Part shown: positions 9,404-18,866 of the stretch, in pieces
Numbering within the stretch: the first letter of the stretch is position 1
How the letters are laid out: every line of letters begins with the position of its first letter
NCBI GenBank assembly: GCA_038727135.1
Contig: JAVYWL010000001.1
Location: 352,001-416,000, forward strand
Direction: 5' to 3'
DNA from: Candidatus Bathyarchaeia archaeon
Lineage (GTDB): Archaea > Thermoproteota > Bathyarchaeia > Bathyarchaeales > Bathycorpusculaceae
DNA: 64,000 nucleotides
Made by a program: the position numbers and the translations under genes
Notes under the pieces: generated by a model
The model's input: only the letters and a program-made list of their open reading frames with translations
Told to the model about the DNA's origin: nothing
The model's database searches: none

Positions 9404-10290
9404 AGCTTCAATGCAGCCCTAAGCCTAGCCGACCTAGCCCTAGGATTCTCCTTAACCTCCTCCTTAGATGGCCTAAGGGGCTTTTTCGTCAAAATTTTAA
9501 CGGCGCCCTCTTTGGCTTTCTCCCTCAGAAAATTTTTTACAATACGATCCTCCAAAGAATGAAAAGAGATAATCACAAGTCTACCTCCTTTATCCAATAC
9601 ATCAAGGGCTTGAGGCAAAGCCCTCTCTAAATTCTCCAACTCATTATTCACAGCTATCCTCAAAGCCTGAAAAGTCCTAGTGGCAAAATGAATTCGCCCC
9701 CTATGATACCATGAAGGCGTCGCTCTCTCAACAGCCATAACCAAATCCACAGTAGTCTTCAAAGGCCTAGACCGCACAATTTCTTCGGCAATCCTCCGCG
9801 CAAACCTCTCCTGCCCATAAACCCTCAAAACCCTCTCAATATCCCTCAAACTCCAAAGATTAACTATGGCTTCAGCAGTCAACGGATTTTCCGGGCTGTA
9901 CCGCATATCAAGAGGCTCATTCCGAAGAAAGGAGAACCCACGACCACTCTCCTCTAAATGCCAGCTTGACAAACCCAAATCAAACAAAACCCCAAAAACG
10001 CGTCCAAATGTATACCTCTTGACAATTTCACTCAAATTGGCAAAGCTACCGCAAACGAGAATTAGACGTCCTTCGTAATCTGTACCTTCAACCCTCCTCT
10101 TCAGCCTCTCCAAAATCAAAGGATCAGCATCCACCCCCAAAACCCTACCAGAAGGCCCCGTCCGCTCCAAAACAGCAAAAGCATGACCACCCAAACCCAC
10201 AGTGCAATCAACAAAATCCTCACCAGGCTTAGGATCAAGAAAACGAATAACCTCGTCCTTCATAACTGGCAAATGCAAACCGAACACCAC
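9400..10290 (-). CDS. rsmH: 16S rRNA m4C1402 methyltransferase RsmH/MraW (bacterial type)
   Basis: HLPVM, DCTVGLGGH, DLGLSS, RGFSF..EPLDMR, ATRTFQALRIAVNNEL, ISFHSLEDRIVK, NPRARSARLR. Confidence 0.95.
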   Translation of the reverse strand: MVFGLHLPVMKDEVIRFLDPKPGEDFVDCTVGLGGHAFAVLERTGPSGRVLGVDADPLILERLKRRVEGTDYEGRLILVCGSFANLSEIVKRYTFGRVFGVLFDLGLSSWHLEESGRGFSFLRNEPLDMRYSPENPLTAEAIVNLWSLRDIERVLRVYGQERFARRIAEEIVRSRPLKTTVDLVMAVERATPSWYHRGRIHFATRTFQALRIAVNNELENLERALPQALDVLDKGGRLVIISFHSLEDRIVKNFLREKAKEGAVKILTKKPLRPSKEEVKENPRARSARLRAALKL

Positions 10291-10359
10291 AACCTCACAT
10301 AAACTTCAAAGCACACACGCATAGGTAAAAACCGCATTTCATTTTAACATTTACGAAAA

Positions 10360-10432
10360 TGCGGCCGCCGGGATTTGAACCCGGGTCGCCGGCTCGGGAG
10401 GCCGAAGTCCTACCAGGCTAGACTACGGCCGC
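10360..10432 (-). tRNA. tRNA-Gly(CCC), no intron, CCA not encoded
   Basis: Reverse complement is GCGGCCGTAGTCTAGCCTGGTAGGACTTCGGCCTCCCGAGCCGGCGACCCGGGTTCAAATCCCGGCGGCCGCA; cloverleaf with T-loop TTCAAAT and anticodon CCC; TATA-like TTTATATG at 10484-10477. Confidence 0.96.
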
Positions 10433-10503
10433 AACAAAACTAACCTCCTTTTGCTATTGTTGGTTTGTAAAATTAACATATAAAGCCTTTTTTGGAATTC
10501 AGG

Positions 10504-12069
10504 TTATTCCGCGTGGTGTTTTGGTTCCGCAACCTTTTCATTGGCCTTTTTTGAGAAGTAGATGGTAGTTAGGATGAAGATAGTGGTTGTCGCAGCAAAA
10601 ATGTAAATTAGACTTCTTAGGTTTTGTGTTTGGTTTTGGTACAACAAGTTTATGTAATTGAATGCACCTTGGAGTCCACCATAATCTTCTAGAAGATTAT
10701 AGAGTGTCGTATTTAATATGCTAAGCTTTTCAATAAACATGCTAACGCTTACATTGAATTCCAGAATTTTGGCATTTAATTCTAAAAGCATGGAATACGA
10801 TTCATTTAAGCCATAATACTTGTCAAGTAACTTTGAATAATCGGAGAGCAACTGATAATACCAGTCCAAAAGCTCAGAATACACTATTTTAATGGAGCAG
10901 TTACCAAAATGCTCAATGTACAAGTAGGTATTTTCCACATCGTCAACATTAAGAAAAGTTGCATTAACTTCTTCATCATTAACAAGAACTGCATGTATAC
11001 ATTTCATTAACACTTTAGGAATGGCAACCCTGCTAAAACTTGCAGAATTACTACTGATACTCGCATTAAAAAGTATAATTTTAGATTTTGTTTCAACCAA
11101 AGTTTTAAATGTAAAATCAAAAATCGTTGAATTGGATATTATGACAACATGATAAGCATTCCCATTACAATATGCAATAAATGTTCTGTACTGTCCCATT
11201 AAAGGGTAATGATCGGTATTTCCTTTAGTAATATTGTAAGGAAAATCTCCTATGCCATCTTTGTTTAGATCTTTTCCATTATAGTCGTCCCAATAATTTC
11301 CTTCTCCGTTGAAATCCCATATGTTATTCACTTGTTCAACATATGCATTGTGGTTGTTACCAATGAAATTATTCCGGTAGAAAACATTACCGTTGCTGTT
11401 TAAAAGGATGTATGTACCCCAATAATTACCAGAAAGAGTATTTTCGCATATTAAATTATTAATAGAGTAATAGTAAACATCGATTCCATCTGAGTTATCT
11501 TTTATAATGTTTCTACAAATGACATTGCTACTTGAATAAAAGAGTAAAATGCCGATGTTATTTGCTGATATTACATTTTCACATATTTGATTTCGGCTCG
11601 AAGAATCTATTTGAATTCCTATGTCATTCACTTTTATATAATTGTTACTTATAATCACGCCACTGGCGAGTCGTTCTATGTATATCCCACAACCTGCAGT
11701 TGAGCTATTCTGTATAGTAAAGCCGCTAATGTTGACGTTTGAAGCTTGTATTGAAATTACGTTTCCTAAGCTACGTCCATCGATGATTGTGTTTTCTCGG
11801 TCTTTTCCAATTAGCGTGACACTCTTGTTAATAACTATATTCTCGTAATATATACCTGAACTCACGTGAATAATATCTCCGGGACTTGCGTTGTTAATGG
11901 CTTCTTGGATATTCTTGTAAGATTCAGAAGGACCAACTTCCAAAATGGACGGGCTGGCATGTATGATCATATTGCTTCTACTAACTGCCAAGCATAAGCA
12001 CGATATTAACAGCAGAGTTAAAGGTTTTTCCATCAATTTTGCATTCATTTCTAATCCCCATAATAGCAT
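10504..12069 (-). CDS. NosD-type right-handed beta-helix surface protein with C-terminal coiled coil and TM anchor
   Basis: Signal-like N-terminus, IQEAINNASPGD, Asn-rich parallel beta-helix repeats, GNYWDDY..D..GIGD..Y, C-terminal TM; visibly AT-rich. Start uncertain. Confidence 0.8.
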   Translation of the reverse strand: MLLWGLEMNAKLMEKPLTLLLISCLCLAVSRSNMIIHASPSILEVGPSESYKNIQEAINNASPGDIIHVSSGIYYENIVINKSVTLIGKDRENTIIDGRSLGNVISIQASNVNISGFTIQNSSTAGCGIYIERLASGVIISNNYIKVNDIGIQIDSSSRNQICENVISANNIGILLFYSSSNVICRNIIKDNSDGIDVYYYSINNLICENTLSGNYWGTYILLNSNGNVFYRNNFIGNNHNAYVEQVNNIWDFNGEGNYWDDYNGKDLNKDGIGDFPYNITKGNTDHYPLMGQYRTFIAYCNGNAYHVVIISNSTIFDFTFKTLVETKSKIILFNASISSNSASFSRVAIPKVLMKCIHAVLVNDEEVNATFLNVDDVENTYLYIEHFGNCSIKIVYSELLDWYYQLLSDYSKLLDKYYGLNESYSMLLELNAKILEFNVSVSMFIEKLSILNTTLYNLLEDYGGLQGAFNYINLLYQNQTQNLRSLIYIFAATTTIFILTTIYFSKKANEKVAEPKHHAE

Positions 12070-12681
12070 TTAATCGTGTGACAGTATTTTTCCGAGAGTG
12101 ATAGAGCATACAGTTGCTATTGAAAATGATCCAATAACAACAATTGGATCGATAACAGGTTGCAGTAGATTCCAAACAAGAATTACATAGGAAAGCACAA
12201 CTATAAAAGCCAGCATGTAAGCTCTTAGTTTTAAAAGTCCCGTTGGATATATTGCCATTTTATGCATGTTAAGAATTGTTTTTAGTTTTTCTTTTGCTTG
12301 TTGTATTTGTTCGTTTGTTGCGAGGGATATGTGGTTTTTGTCGCTGTCTATGAATTTTAGGCTTAGGAGAGCGTAGCGTTGTAGTTCCCATGGTTTGGTT
12401 TTTGGTAGAATTTTTATTACTCCACTTTTCTCCATTTTCTTCAATATTGTTTGGGTTTTGCGGATGAGTTGAACGTCATTTATCTTTTCTTCGCCATGTA
12501 ACCTTTTAATTAGGTCTTTGACGTTTGGAAAATGCAGTTCTAGCTGGAAGCTTGCTATGGTTTTTGATAGTTCATATTGGTACTCGCCTTCTCGTAGGCG
12601 GATGCTGGCGACTTTGTAATCTGAACTTAAGGCTTCTTGTAAAAACTGTATTTCGGTTGGTGTCAGTTTGTGTTCTGACAT
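12070..12681 (-). CDS. Hypothetical protein: soluble, possibly winged-helix N-terminus plus two C-terminal TM helices
   Basis: Likely start ATG12681 (MSEHKLTP); RKTQTILKKMEKSGVIK looks wHTH-like; two hydrophobic segments at the C-terminus. Confidence 0.6.
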   Translation of the reverse strand: MSEHKLTPTEIQFLQEALSSDYKVASIRLREGEYQYELSKTIASFQLELHFPNVKDLIKRLHGEEKINDVQLIRKTQTILKKMEKSGVIKILPKTKPWELQRYALLSLKFIDSDKNHISLATNEQIQQAKEKLKTILNMHKMAIYPTGLLKLRAYMLAFIVVLSYVILVWNLLQPVIDPIVVIGSFSIATVCSITLGKILSHD

Positions 12682-12702
12682 GTCTTTTCCCTTTTTCAAC
12701 AG

Positions 12703-12802
12703 TTTCAATTGAAATAATATAAGGTGAGCATATATAACTGTTTTTAACTTTCAAACGACTGCCTCTATAATTAGGTTTCTGTTCAATATTTTCCATGGAA
12801 AA
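12703..12802. promoter_or_regulatory. Two related palindromes in a divergent promoter (candidate operators)
   Basis: TTTCAATTGAAA (12703-12714) and TTTTCCATGGAAAA (12789-12802); consensus TTTCmATkGAAA. Confidence 0.5.
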
Positions 12803-12848
12803 AACTCATTTTCCTTTAAAGCCTCAAAGTTTACGTTAGGTTGTTAGA

Positions 12849-13253
12849 ATGGGAGTTGTTTTAGAAAAGTTTCCGCTGATTAACAAGGAGTGCGCTTTCA
12901 GTAAGAAGTATAGGAGTTCCTTTGAGATTATAGCGGCTATTCTTGAAGTTGCCATTGAGAAGGTAACTCGCTTTGTTATAGCAAGTCGCTTGAACACAAA
13001 TTACATGCAGCTTCGAAAGTATTTGAGTTATCTGGTTAGGGCGGGTTTTATTGATGTTGAGGTTGGAGGAAAGCAGATTTTGTATAAGACTAGTGAGAAA
13101 GGTTTGGAGTTTTTAAGGTTGTATAACGCTTTATTGGAAATGCTTTTGGAAGGTGCTGAAACACGGGTGCACACCAGTGCTATTTGTGGATGTTTTAGCC
13201 GGCAAACGACAGTGAAAGCGAAAGGGAAAGGCAGGCGGGGTTTCGGCTTATGA
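12849..13253 (+). CDS. Winged-helix transcriptional regulator (archaeal HTH_45/ArnR1-like)
   Basis: YRSSFEIIAAILE...LNTNYMQLRKYLSYLVRAGFI...YKTSEKGLEFL; true start may lie downstream. Confidence 0.8.
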   Translation: MGVVLEKFPLINKECAFSKKYRSSFEIIAAILEVAIEKVTRFVIASRLNTNYMQLRKYLSYLVRAGFIDVEVGGKQILYKTSEKGLEFLRLYNALLEMLLEGAETRVHTSAICGCFSRQTTVKAKGKGRRGFGL

Positions 13254-13297
13254 TTTTCTCCCTTCTCCTTTCGGCGTGAAGTTCGAATCCGCCTGCC
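13219..13297. other. GC-rich stem-loop element with alternative pairing
   Basis: GGCAGGCGG (13230-13238) pairs with CCGCCTGCC (13289-13297); 13219-13231 can alternatively pair with 13261-13273. Confidence 0.45.
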
Positions 13298-13374
13298 CCC
13301 AAACTTTTGTAGTTTCTGTCGGTGAATATTTAAAAGGTACTTTTGTAGATTGTTAGCTATGCGAGGGTTGCTGT

Positions 13375-14457
13375 TTGTCTCGAGAGTTTACTTATGCTGG
13401 TGTTGGTGTTGATAGAAGGCTGAGGGTTAGGGCGAAGAGTGCTTTGCGTTTTTTGAGAAAGACTTATTGTTTTAGTCGCTATGGTGGGGTTGTCTATCTT
13501 CCTTATGGGGTTGTTTTTCCTTTTCGTGAAGGCGTTTATTTGGATCTTGTGATTGAAGGGGTTGGCACTAAGGTTTTGGTAGCCCAGTTAGCCGACAAGT
13601 ATGATACTATTGGTGTTGATGGTGTGGCCATGGCTGTTAATGATGTTATTCGTTCTGGCGCTAAGCCTTTGGCTGTTGTTGATAATATTCATGCTCAGGT
13701 TTCTGATCCGGACTTGGTTAGGGAGTGGATGAAGGGTATTGTGAGGGGGGCTGTTGAGGCTGAGTGTGTTGTTTCTGGCGGTGAGATTGGTGATGTTGCT
13801 GAGTTGATTAAGGGTTTGGTGGAAGGGAAGGGCTTTGACATGGTTTTTGCCACTGTTGGCGAAGTTTCTGCAGACAAGATTATTTATGGTAAGGATTTGG
13901 AGCCCGGTGATGTTGTTGTTGGCTTGAAGAGTTCTGGGATTCACAGTAATGGTGTTACTTTGGCGCGTAGGGTTTTGTTTAAGTGTTGGGGTGGCATGTA
14001 TGAGCCGTTTGATGTTCCAGAGCCTCTTGAAAGAGAGCTAGTTTATGAAGTTTTGGAGCCTACTAGGATTTATGTTAAGCCTTTTCTGAGGGTTGCGGAC
14101 GAGGTTAGAGTCAAGGCGGCTGTGCACATTACTGGTGACGCTTATTTGAAGTTTGATCGTTTGATATTTTTCTCGAGGGGCGTTGGTTTTGAGTTTGACA
14201 ATTTTAAGCCTCAGCCAATTTTTGAGGTGATTCAGAGGGCTGCTTCTGAGCTTGGAGGCAAAATAACTGATGAAGAGATGTTTAAAACGTTTAATATGGG
14301 TTGGGGCTTCGCAATAGTGGTTAACAAGCAGGATGCGGACAAGGCGATTGACGTTTTGGAAAGGTCTGGGGTCCACGCCGAAATCATAGGACATGTGACA
14401 GACACTCGTGGAATCCGAATCTTCTATAAGGGTAAGAGGATAGTTTTGAAAAGGTAG
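13375..14457 (+). CDS. purM: Phosphoribosylformylglycinamidine cyclo-ligase (AIR synthase)
   Basis: TYAGVGVD, EGVGTK, AMAVND, SSGIHSNG, HITG, TFNMGWG. Confidence 0.92.
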   Translation: MSREFTYAGVGVDRRLRVRAKSALRFLRKTYCFSRYGGVVYLPYGVVFPFREGVYLDLVIEGVGTKVLVAQLADKYDTIGVDGVAMAVNDVIRSGAKPLAVVDNIHAQVSDPDLVREWMKGIVRGAVEAECVVSGGEIGDVAELIKGLVEGKGFDMVFATVGEVSADKIIYGKDLEPGDVVVGLKSSGIHSNGVTLARRVLFKCWGGMYEPFDVPEPLERELVYEVLEPTRIYVKPFLRVADEVRVKAAVHITGDAYLKFDRLIFFSRGVGFEFDNFKPQPIFEVIQRAASELGGKITDEEMFKTFNMGWGFAIVVNKQDADKAIDVLERSGVHAEIIGHVTDTRGIRIFYKGKRIVLKR

Positions 14458-14511
14458 GTTTGCCTTTTCTGTGGTGAAAGCGTTTAAATCGGCTCATGTG
14501 AAATTTAGCCT

Positions 14512-14763
14512 ATGAAATATCGTTTGAAAATTGAGGTTGGCTTGAAGCCAGGGCACAGCGATCCGGAAGGTGAAACCACAGCCCGTTTGCTTAGGGAGCT
14601 TGGCTATAATGTTGAGAGGGTGGGCGTCAGCAAGGTTTACAATGTTGTTGTTTGGGCTGATTCCCAAGAGGAAGCCTTAGCGAAGGCTGAGGATATGTGT
14701 AAGAGACTTTTGGCTAATCCAACAAAGGACAATTATACCATATTGGTTGAGGGGGAGAAATGA
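14512..14763 (+). CDS. purS: FGAM synthase subunit PurS
   Basis: LKPGHSDPEG, LLANP; located between purM and purL. Confidence 0.92.
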   Translation: MKYRLKIEVGLKPGHSDPEGETTARLLRELGYNVERVGVSKVYNVVVWADSQEEALAKAEDMCKRLLANPTKDNYTILVEGEK

Positions 14764-17150
14764 ACGGCGGCAGCCTTTACATCCGCAGGGATACGCCTTT
14801 CCCGCTTTTTGAAATAGCCTTGGCACAAGCTTCCGACCAGCAGTTGCTAAATGTTAGTCTTGAGCTTGGTTTGGGTTTAAGCTTGGATGAGATGAGGACT
14901 GTTCAGAAATACTTTAGGGAGAAGGGTAGAAATCCCACGGATGTTGAGCTTCAAACCATTGGACAGACTTGGTCTGAGCATTGCTTCCATAAGACCTTCA
15001 AGGGCACAGTAAAATTTGGTGGAAAAGAGATTAACAATCTTTTCAAAACTTATATTGCGAGGGTGACGGAGGAGCTTAATCCCCGCTGGTGTTTTTCGGT
15101 TTTTGAGGACAACGCTGGAATAATTCGCTTTGAAAAAGGTTATGGCATAGCCGTGAAGGTTGAAACTCATAATCATCCGTCGGCTATTGAGCCTTTTGGT
15201 GGGGCAGCTACTGGTGTTGGCGGCGTTATACGAGATATTTTAGGAGTTTGGGCTGACCCCATTGCATGTACCGATGTTTTAGGTTTTGGTCCGCTGGACT
15301 ACCCTTATGAAAGGCTTCCGCCCGGGGTTAAGCACCCAAAATACTTGTATATGGGCGTGGTTGCCGGCATTGGAAGTTACGGCAATAACATGGGGATTCC
15401 AACGGTTAATGGTGCCATATGCTTTGACGAGAGTTATGTGGGCAACGTGGTTGTCTACTGTGGATGTGTCGGGCTTCTGCCACTGAAAAAGTTTAGGAGA
15501 AACGCCAAACCCGGCGACTTAATTGTTTTGGCTGGAGGAAAAACTGGAAGGGACGGCATTCACGGGGTTACTTTTGCCTCTGCTGAACTAACAGAAAAGT
15601 CCGAGGAGATTTCTAGACCAGCCGTTCAAATTGCAAACCCCATCGAGGAGGAGAAGCTTAAGAGGGCGATAATTGCCATCAGAGATGCTGAGTTGGCTTC
15701 AGCCATAACAGACCTTGGCGGAGGCGGCTTATCCTCTGCTGTTGGCGAAACCGCCAAACGCTTCGGATGCGGCGCCGTTGTGGAGCTTGACAAAGTGCCG
15801 CTGAAATATCCAGGGTTGGCTCCTTGGGAAATCTACATCTCCGAATCCCAAGAAAGGATGCTTTTGGCTGCTCCACCAGAAAACTTGGCGCGGATGCTGG
15901 AGATTTTTGAGGGTGAAAATGTCGAAGCCACTGTTATTGGGCGGTATACTGAAGACAAGGTTTTGCGCATTTATTATAGCGGAGAAAAAGTTGCAGAGCT
16001 AGACATCCCATTCCTTTTTGAGCCGCCAAGAACTGTTAGGAAAGCCGAGTATAAGCCACCAACTTTTGCGGAGCCAAACTTTCCAGAGCCAAAAGACTTG
16101 ACCAGCGTTGTTTTGAGACTCCTTTCCTCTCCCAATATTGCAAGTAAAGAGAGCGTCATCAGAACCTATGACCATGAAGTTAAGGGGAACACTGTTCTAA
16201 AGCCTTTGCATGGGGATTTTGGCGGCCCCAATGATGCCGCTGTCCTGAAGCCGTTAAAGGACTCTTGGCGGGGTTTGGTTATTTCTTGTGGCATAAACCC
16301 CCAATATGGGAAGGTTGACCCTTATTGGATGGCGGCTTCAGCTATAGACGAGGCGATAAGGAACAATGTGGCTGTGGGCGGCAGAAGAATCGCTCTGCTT
16401 GACAATTTTACTTGGGGAAACCCTGAAAAACCTGATAGGCTCGGGAGCCTAGTTAGGGCCTGTGAGGCATGTTACGATTTTGCTAAAGCCTTTGGAACGC
16501 CCTTCGTTTCTGGGAAGGACAGCCTATACAACGAGTCTCCTCTTGGTCCGGTCACGCCGACGCTGTTGATAACGGCTATTGGGATAATTCCAGACATCCG
16601 CGTGGCAGTTTCGTTGGATGTTAAGGAGCCTGGCAGTTCCATTTACATTGTTGGTAAAACCTACCGTGAGTTGGGTGGTTCAGAGTATTATAGACTAATG
16701 GGGGTTGTTGGAAAAACCGTGCCCAAGGTGCGTGTCAACCATGCGAGGAAAGCGTTTAAGGCATTGACCATGGCTATTGATCATGGCTTAGTTAATGCTT
16801 GCCATGACTTGTCAGAGGGGGGTTTGGCTGTTGCGGCGGCGGAGATGGCTTTTTCTGGTGGCTATGGCTTGGAGCTGGATTTGCGGCTTGTCCCAACGGA
16901 GGGCTTAAAAAGAAATGACTTTATTCTCTTCGCCGAGTCCAATAGCCGCTTCCTCGTGGAAGTTCCAGAAAAATGTGAGGAGGATTTTGAGGCTGTCATG
17001 CGTGGGTGTGCCTTTGCAAAAATTGGAAGGGTGACGGCTACGCCAACGCTGTGTGTCTATGGCTTGGATAGGAATGTTGTGGTAGATGCGTCTTTAAGCG
17101 ATTTGCTGACTTGGTGGAAACGTACCCTCAGTGGCAGTGGTGAAGACTAA
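14760..17150 (+). CDS. purL: FGAM synthase subunit PurL
   Basis: WSEHCFHK, KVETHNHPSAIEPFGGAATGVGGVIRD, SESQERM, HDLSEGG. Confidence 0.96.
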   Translation: MNGGSLYIRRDTPFPLFEIALAQASDQQLLNVSLELGLGLSLDEMRTVQKYFREKGRNPTDVELQTIGQTWSEHCFHKTFKGTVKFGGKEINNLFKTYIARVTEELNPRWCFSVFEDNAGIIRFEKGYGIAVKVETHNHPSAIEPFGGAATGVGGVIRDILGVWADPIACTDVLGFGPLDYPYERLPPGVKHPKYLYMGVVAGIGSYGNNMGIPTVNGAICFDESYVGNVVVYCGCVGLLPLKKFRRNAKPGDLIVLAGGKTGRDGIHGVTFASAELTEKSEEISRPAVQIANPIEEEKLKRAIIAIRDAELASAITDLGGGGLSSAVGETAKRFGCGAVVELDKVPLKYPGLAPWEIYISESQERMLLAAPPENLARMLEIFEGENVEATVIGRYTEDKVLRIYYSGEKVAELDIPFLFEPPRTVRKAEYKPPTFAEPNFPEPKDLTSVVLRLLSSPNIASKESVIRTYDHEVKGNTVLKPLHGDFGGPNDAAVLKPLKDSWRGLVISCGINPQYGKVDPYWMAASAIDEAIRNNVAVGGRRIALLDNFTWGNPEKPDRLGSLVRACEACYDFAKAFGTPFVSGKDSLYNESPLGPVTPTLLITAIGIIPDIRVAVSLDVKEPGSSIYIVGKTYRELGGSEYYRLMGVVGKTVPKVRVNHARKAFKALTMAIDHGLVNACHDLSEGGLAVAAAEMAFSGGYGLELDLRLVPTEGLKRNDFILFAESNSRFLVEVPEKCEEDFEAVMRGCAFAKIGRVTATPTLCVYGLDRNVVVDASLSDLLTWWKRTLSGSGED

Positions 17151-17969
17151 ATGAAAAGAGAGGAGATTAAAATTTGCATTCTGCGCGTTGGCGGAACCAA
17201 TTGCGATGCGGAAACTAAAACAGCCTTTGAAGATTTAGGCGTTCAAGCCCAAATCCTCCACGTGAATGAGGTGGTTAAACGGCGAAACCTTCTGGACTAT
17301 AACGCCTTGGTTTTTCCAGGCGGATTCTCTTACGGGGATTATGTACGTGCCGGCGCCATTTGGGCCAAGTGGATGCTCGCCAAAATGGGAAAAGAGCTGG
17401 AGGCTTTTGTGGAAGAGGGGCGTCCAATCCTCGGCATCTGCAACGGTTTCCAAGTTCTTGTTGAGGCTGGCTTACTTCCAGCATTTGACGGCATAAGCCC
17501 TTATCCAGAGGCAGCACTAGCCACAAACCATCCGCCGGGCTACAATTGCCGCTGGGTTTACATAAAACACGAGAACAACGGAAAGTGCATATTCACAAAG
17601 AAAATTCCAAAGGGCAAGGTTTTGCGTATGCCGGTCGCCCATGCAGAGGGCAGATTTCTATTCGCAAAAGAAAAGGAGAAGCAGTATTTGGAGAGGCTTT
17701 ACAAGAATGACCAGCTGGTCTTCAGATACTGCACAAAAGACGGCGAATATGCGGAAGGACGTTACCCGATAAATCCAAACGGCTCATTCCACGACATTGT
17801 GGGCATATGCAACCCAGAAGGCACAGTTTTCGGATTGATGCCCCATCCGGAAAGAGCCTTCTACTGGTGGCAACAGCCAGACTGGACAAGGCAGAAGATT
17901 ATGCCCCAATACGGGGATGGAAAACTAATTTTTGAAAGCCTAATCGACTATCTAGAGAAGCGGTTTTAA
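17151..17969 (+). CDS. purQ: FGAM synthase glutaminase subunit PurQ
   Basis: GTNCD, PGGFSYGD, GICNGFQ, AHAEG, GLMPHPER. Confidence 0.96.
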   Translation: MKREEIKICILRVGGTNCDAETKTAFEDLGVQAQILHVNEVVKRRNLLDYNALVFPGGFSYGDYVRAGAIWAKWMLAKMGKELEAFVEEGRPILGICNGFQVLVEAGLLPAFDGISPYPEAALATNHPPGYNCRWVYIKHENNGKCIFTKKIPKGKVLRMPVAHAEGRFLFAKEKEKQYLERLYKNDQLVFRYCTKDGEYAEGRYPINPNGSFHDIVGICNPEGTVFGLMPHPERAFYWWQQPDWTRQKIMPQYGDGKLIFESLIDYLEKRF

Positions 17970-18866
17970 CTCCTCTAAGCGTGGAAGCCCGATGCGAGCA
18001 CCCATCCTCATTATGCATCGAGAAGCAACAAAATTGCCCAGTTTTGCACATTCTTTTAGGCTTTTATTATTCAACAAGCCGTAAAGGAAGCCAGCACAGA
18101 AGGCGTCTCCAGCACCTGTCGTGTCGACAATCTGGACTTTAAAAGCTTCCACGTGATGGCTTTCCTTTCCATCTGTGACATAGCATCCATCGCCGCCGAG
18201 CTTAACCGCAACAATTTTAACTCCAAGCTCCAAGAGTTGTTTAGCGCCCTCAACATAGTCTTCCGCACCTGTTAGGAGTGCTAGTTCCCGCGAGTTTGGC
18301 ATGAAAACAAAGCTTCTCTCCAAAATTGGTTTTAGGGCTTCCATGCCTTTTCTTGCATAAAGTTCGCCCGGGTCCATGCTTATTTTAACATCTTCTGGCA
18401 GGGTTTCCACAAGCTTTTTCTGGGTTTCAAAGGATTTCTCGCCCACAAAAGAGGTTAAATGAAGGAATTTCGCTTGACTGGCATACCCTTTATCTACTTC
18501 TTCGAAGCTTATGGTGTCGTTTACGCCTGGGTCCACATATAGGGCTCTCTCGCCTCTCTCGTCCACAAAGCCCATGACTGTTCCGCTGCGTCCATCCTTT
18601 GCCCTTATAATGCCCCTTGTATTTACGCCTTCTCTGCGAAAGTCTTCTAGGAGCATTCTGCCTTCTCTGTCGTTGGCAACCTTCCCAATAAAGCCCACTT
18701 TGCAGCCAAGCCGAGCTAAGCCAACAACGGTATTGGCAGCTGAGCCTCCGCAAGCCTCCTCAAAGCCTTTAATGAAGCCTTCCTCTTCTGGTCCTGCTAT
18801 CTTGTTAACCTTGTAGAGTTTATCCACGTTTAGGGCGCCGAAGCCTATAACGTCAAAGCGTTTCAT
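17952..18866 (-). CDS. PfkB/ribokinase-family kinase
   Basis: [20 protein letters not shown]. Confidence 0.92.
   Translation of the reverse strand: MKRFDVIGFGALNVDKLYKVNKIAGPEEEGFIKGFEEACGGSAANTVVGLARLGCKVGFIGKVANDREGRMLLEDFRREGVNTRGIIRAKDGRSGTVMGFVDERGERALYVDPGVNDTISFEEVDKGYASQAKFLHLTSFVGEKSFETQKKLVETLPEDVKISMDPGELYARKGMEALKPILERSFVFMPNSRELALLTGAEDYVEGAKQLLELGVKIVAVKLGGDGCYVTDGKESHHVEAFKVQIVDTTGAGDAFCAGFLYGLLNNKSLKECAKLGNFVASRCIMRMGARIGLPRLEELKPLL

Noticed and set aside
12703-12724. TTTCAATTGAAAT as a mini-ORB of a replication origin
   Set aside because: Only one or two copies, no G-string and no cdc6 nearby; kept only as a candidate operator.
13276-13301. GTTCGAATCC..CCCCA resembling a tRNA 3' half or attachment site
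   Set aside because: The T-stem does not pair (TGAAG vs CCGCC), there is no cloverleaf, it does not match tRNA-Gly at 10360, and no integrase is present.
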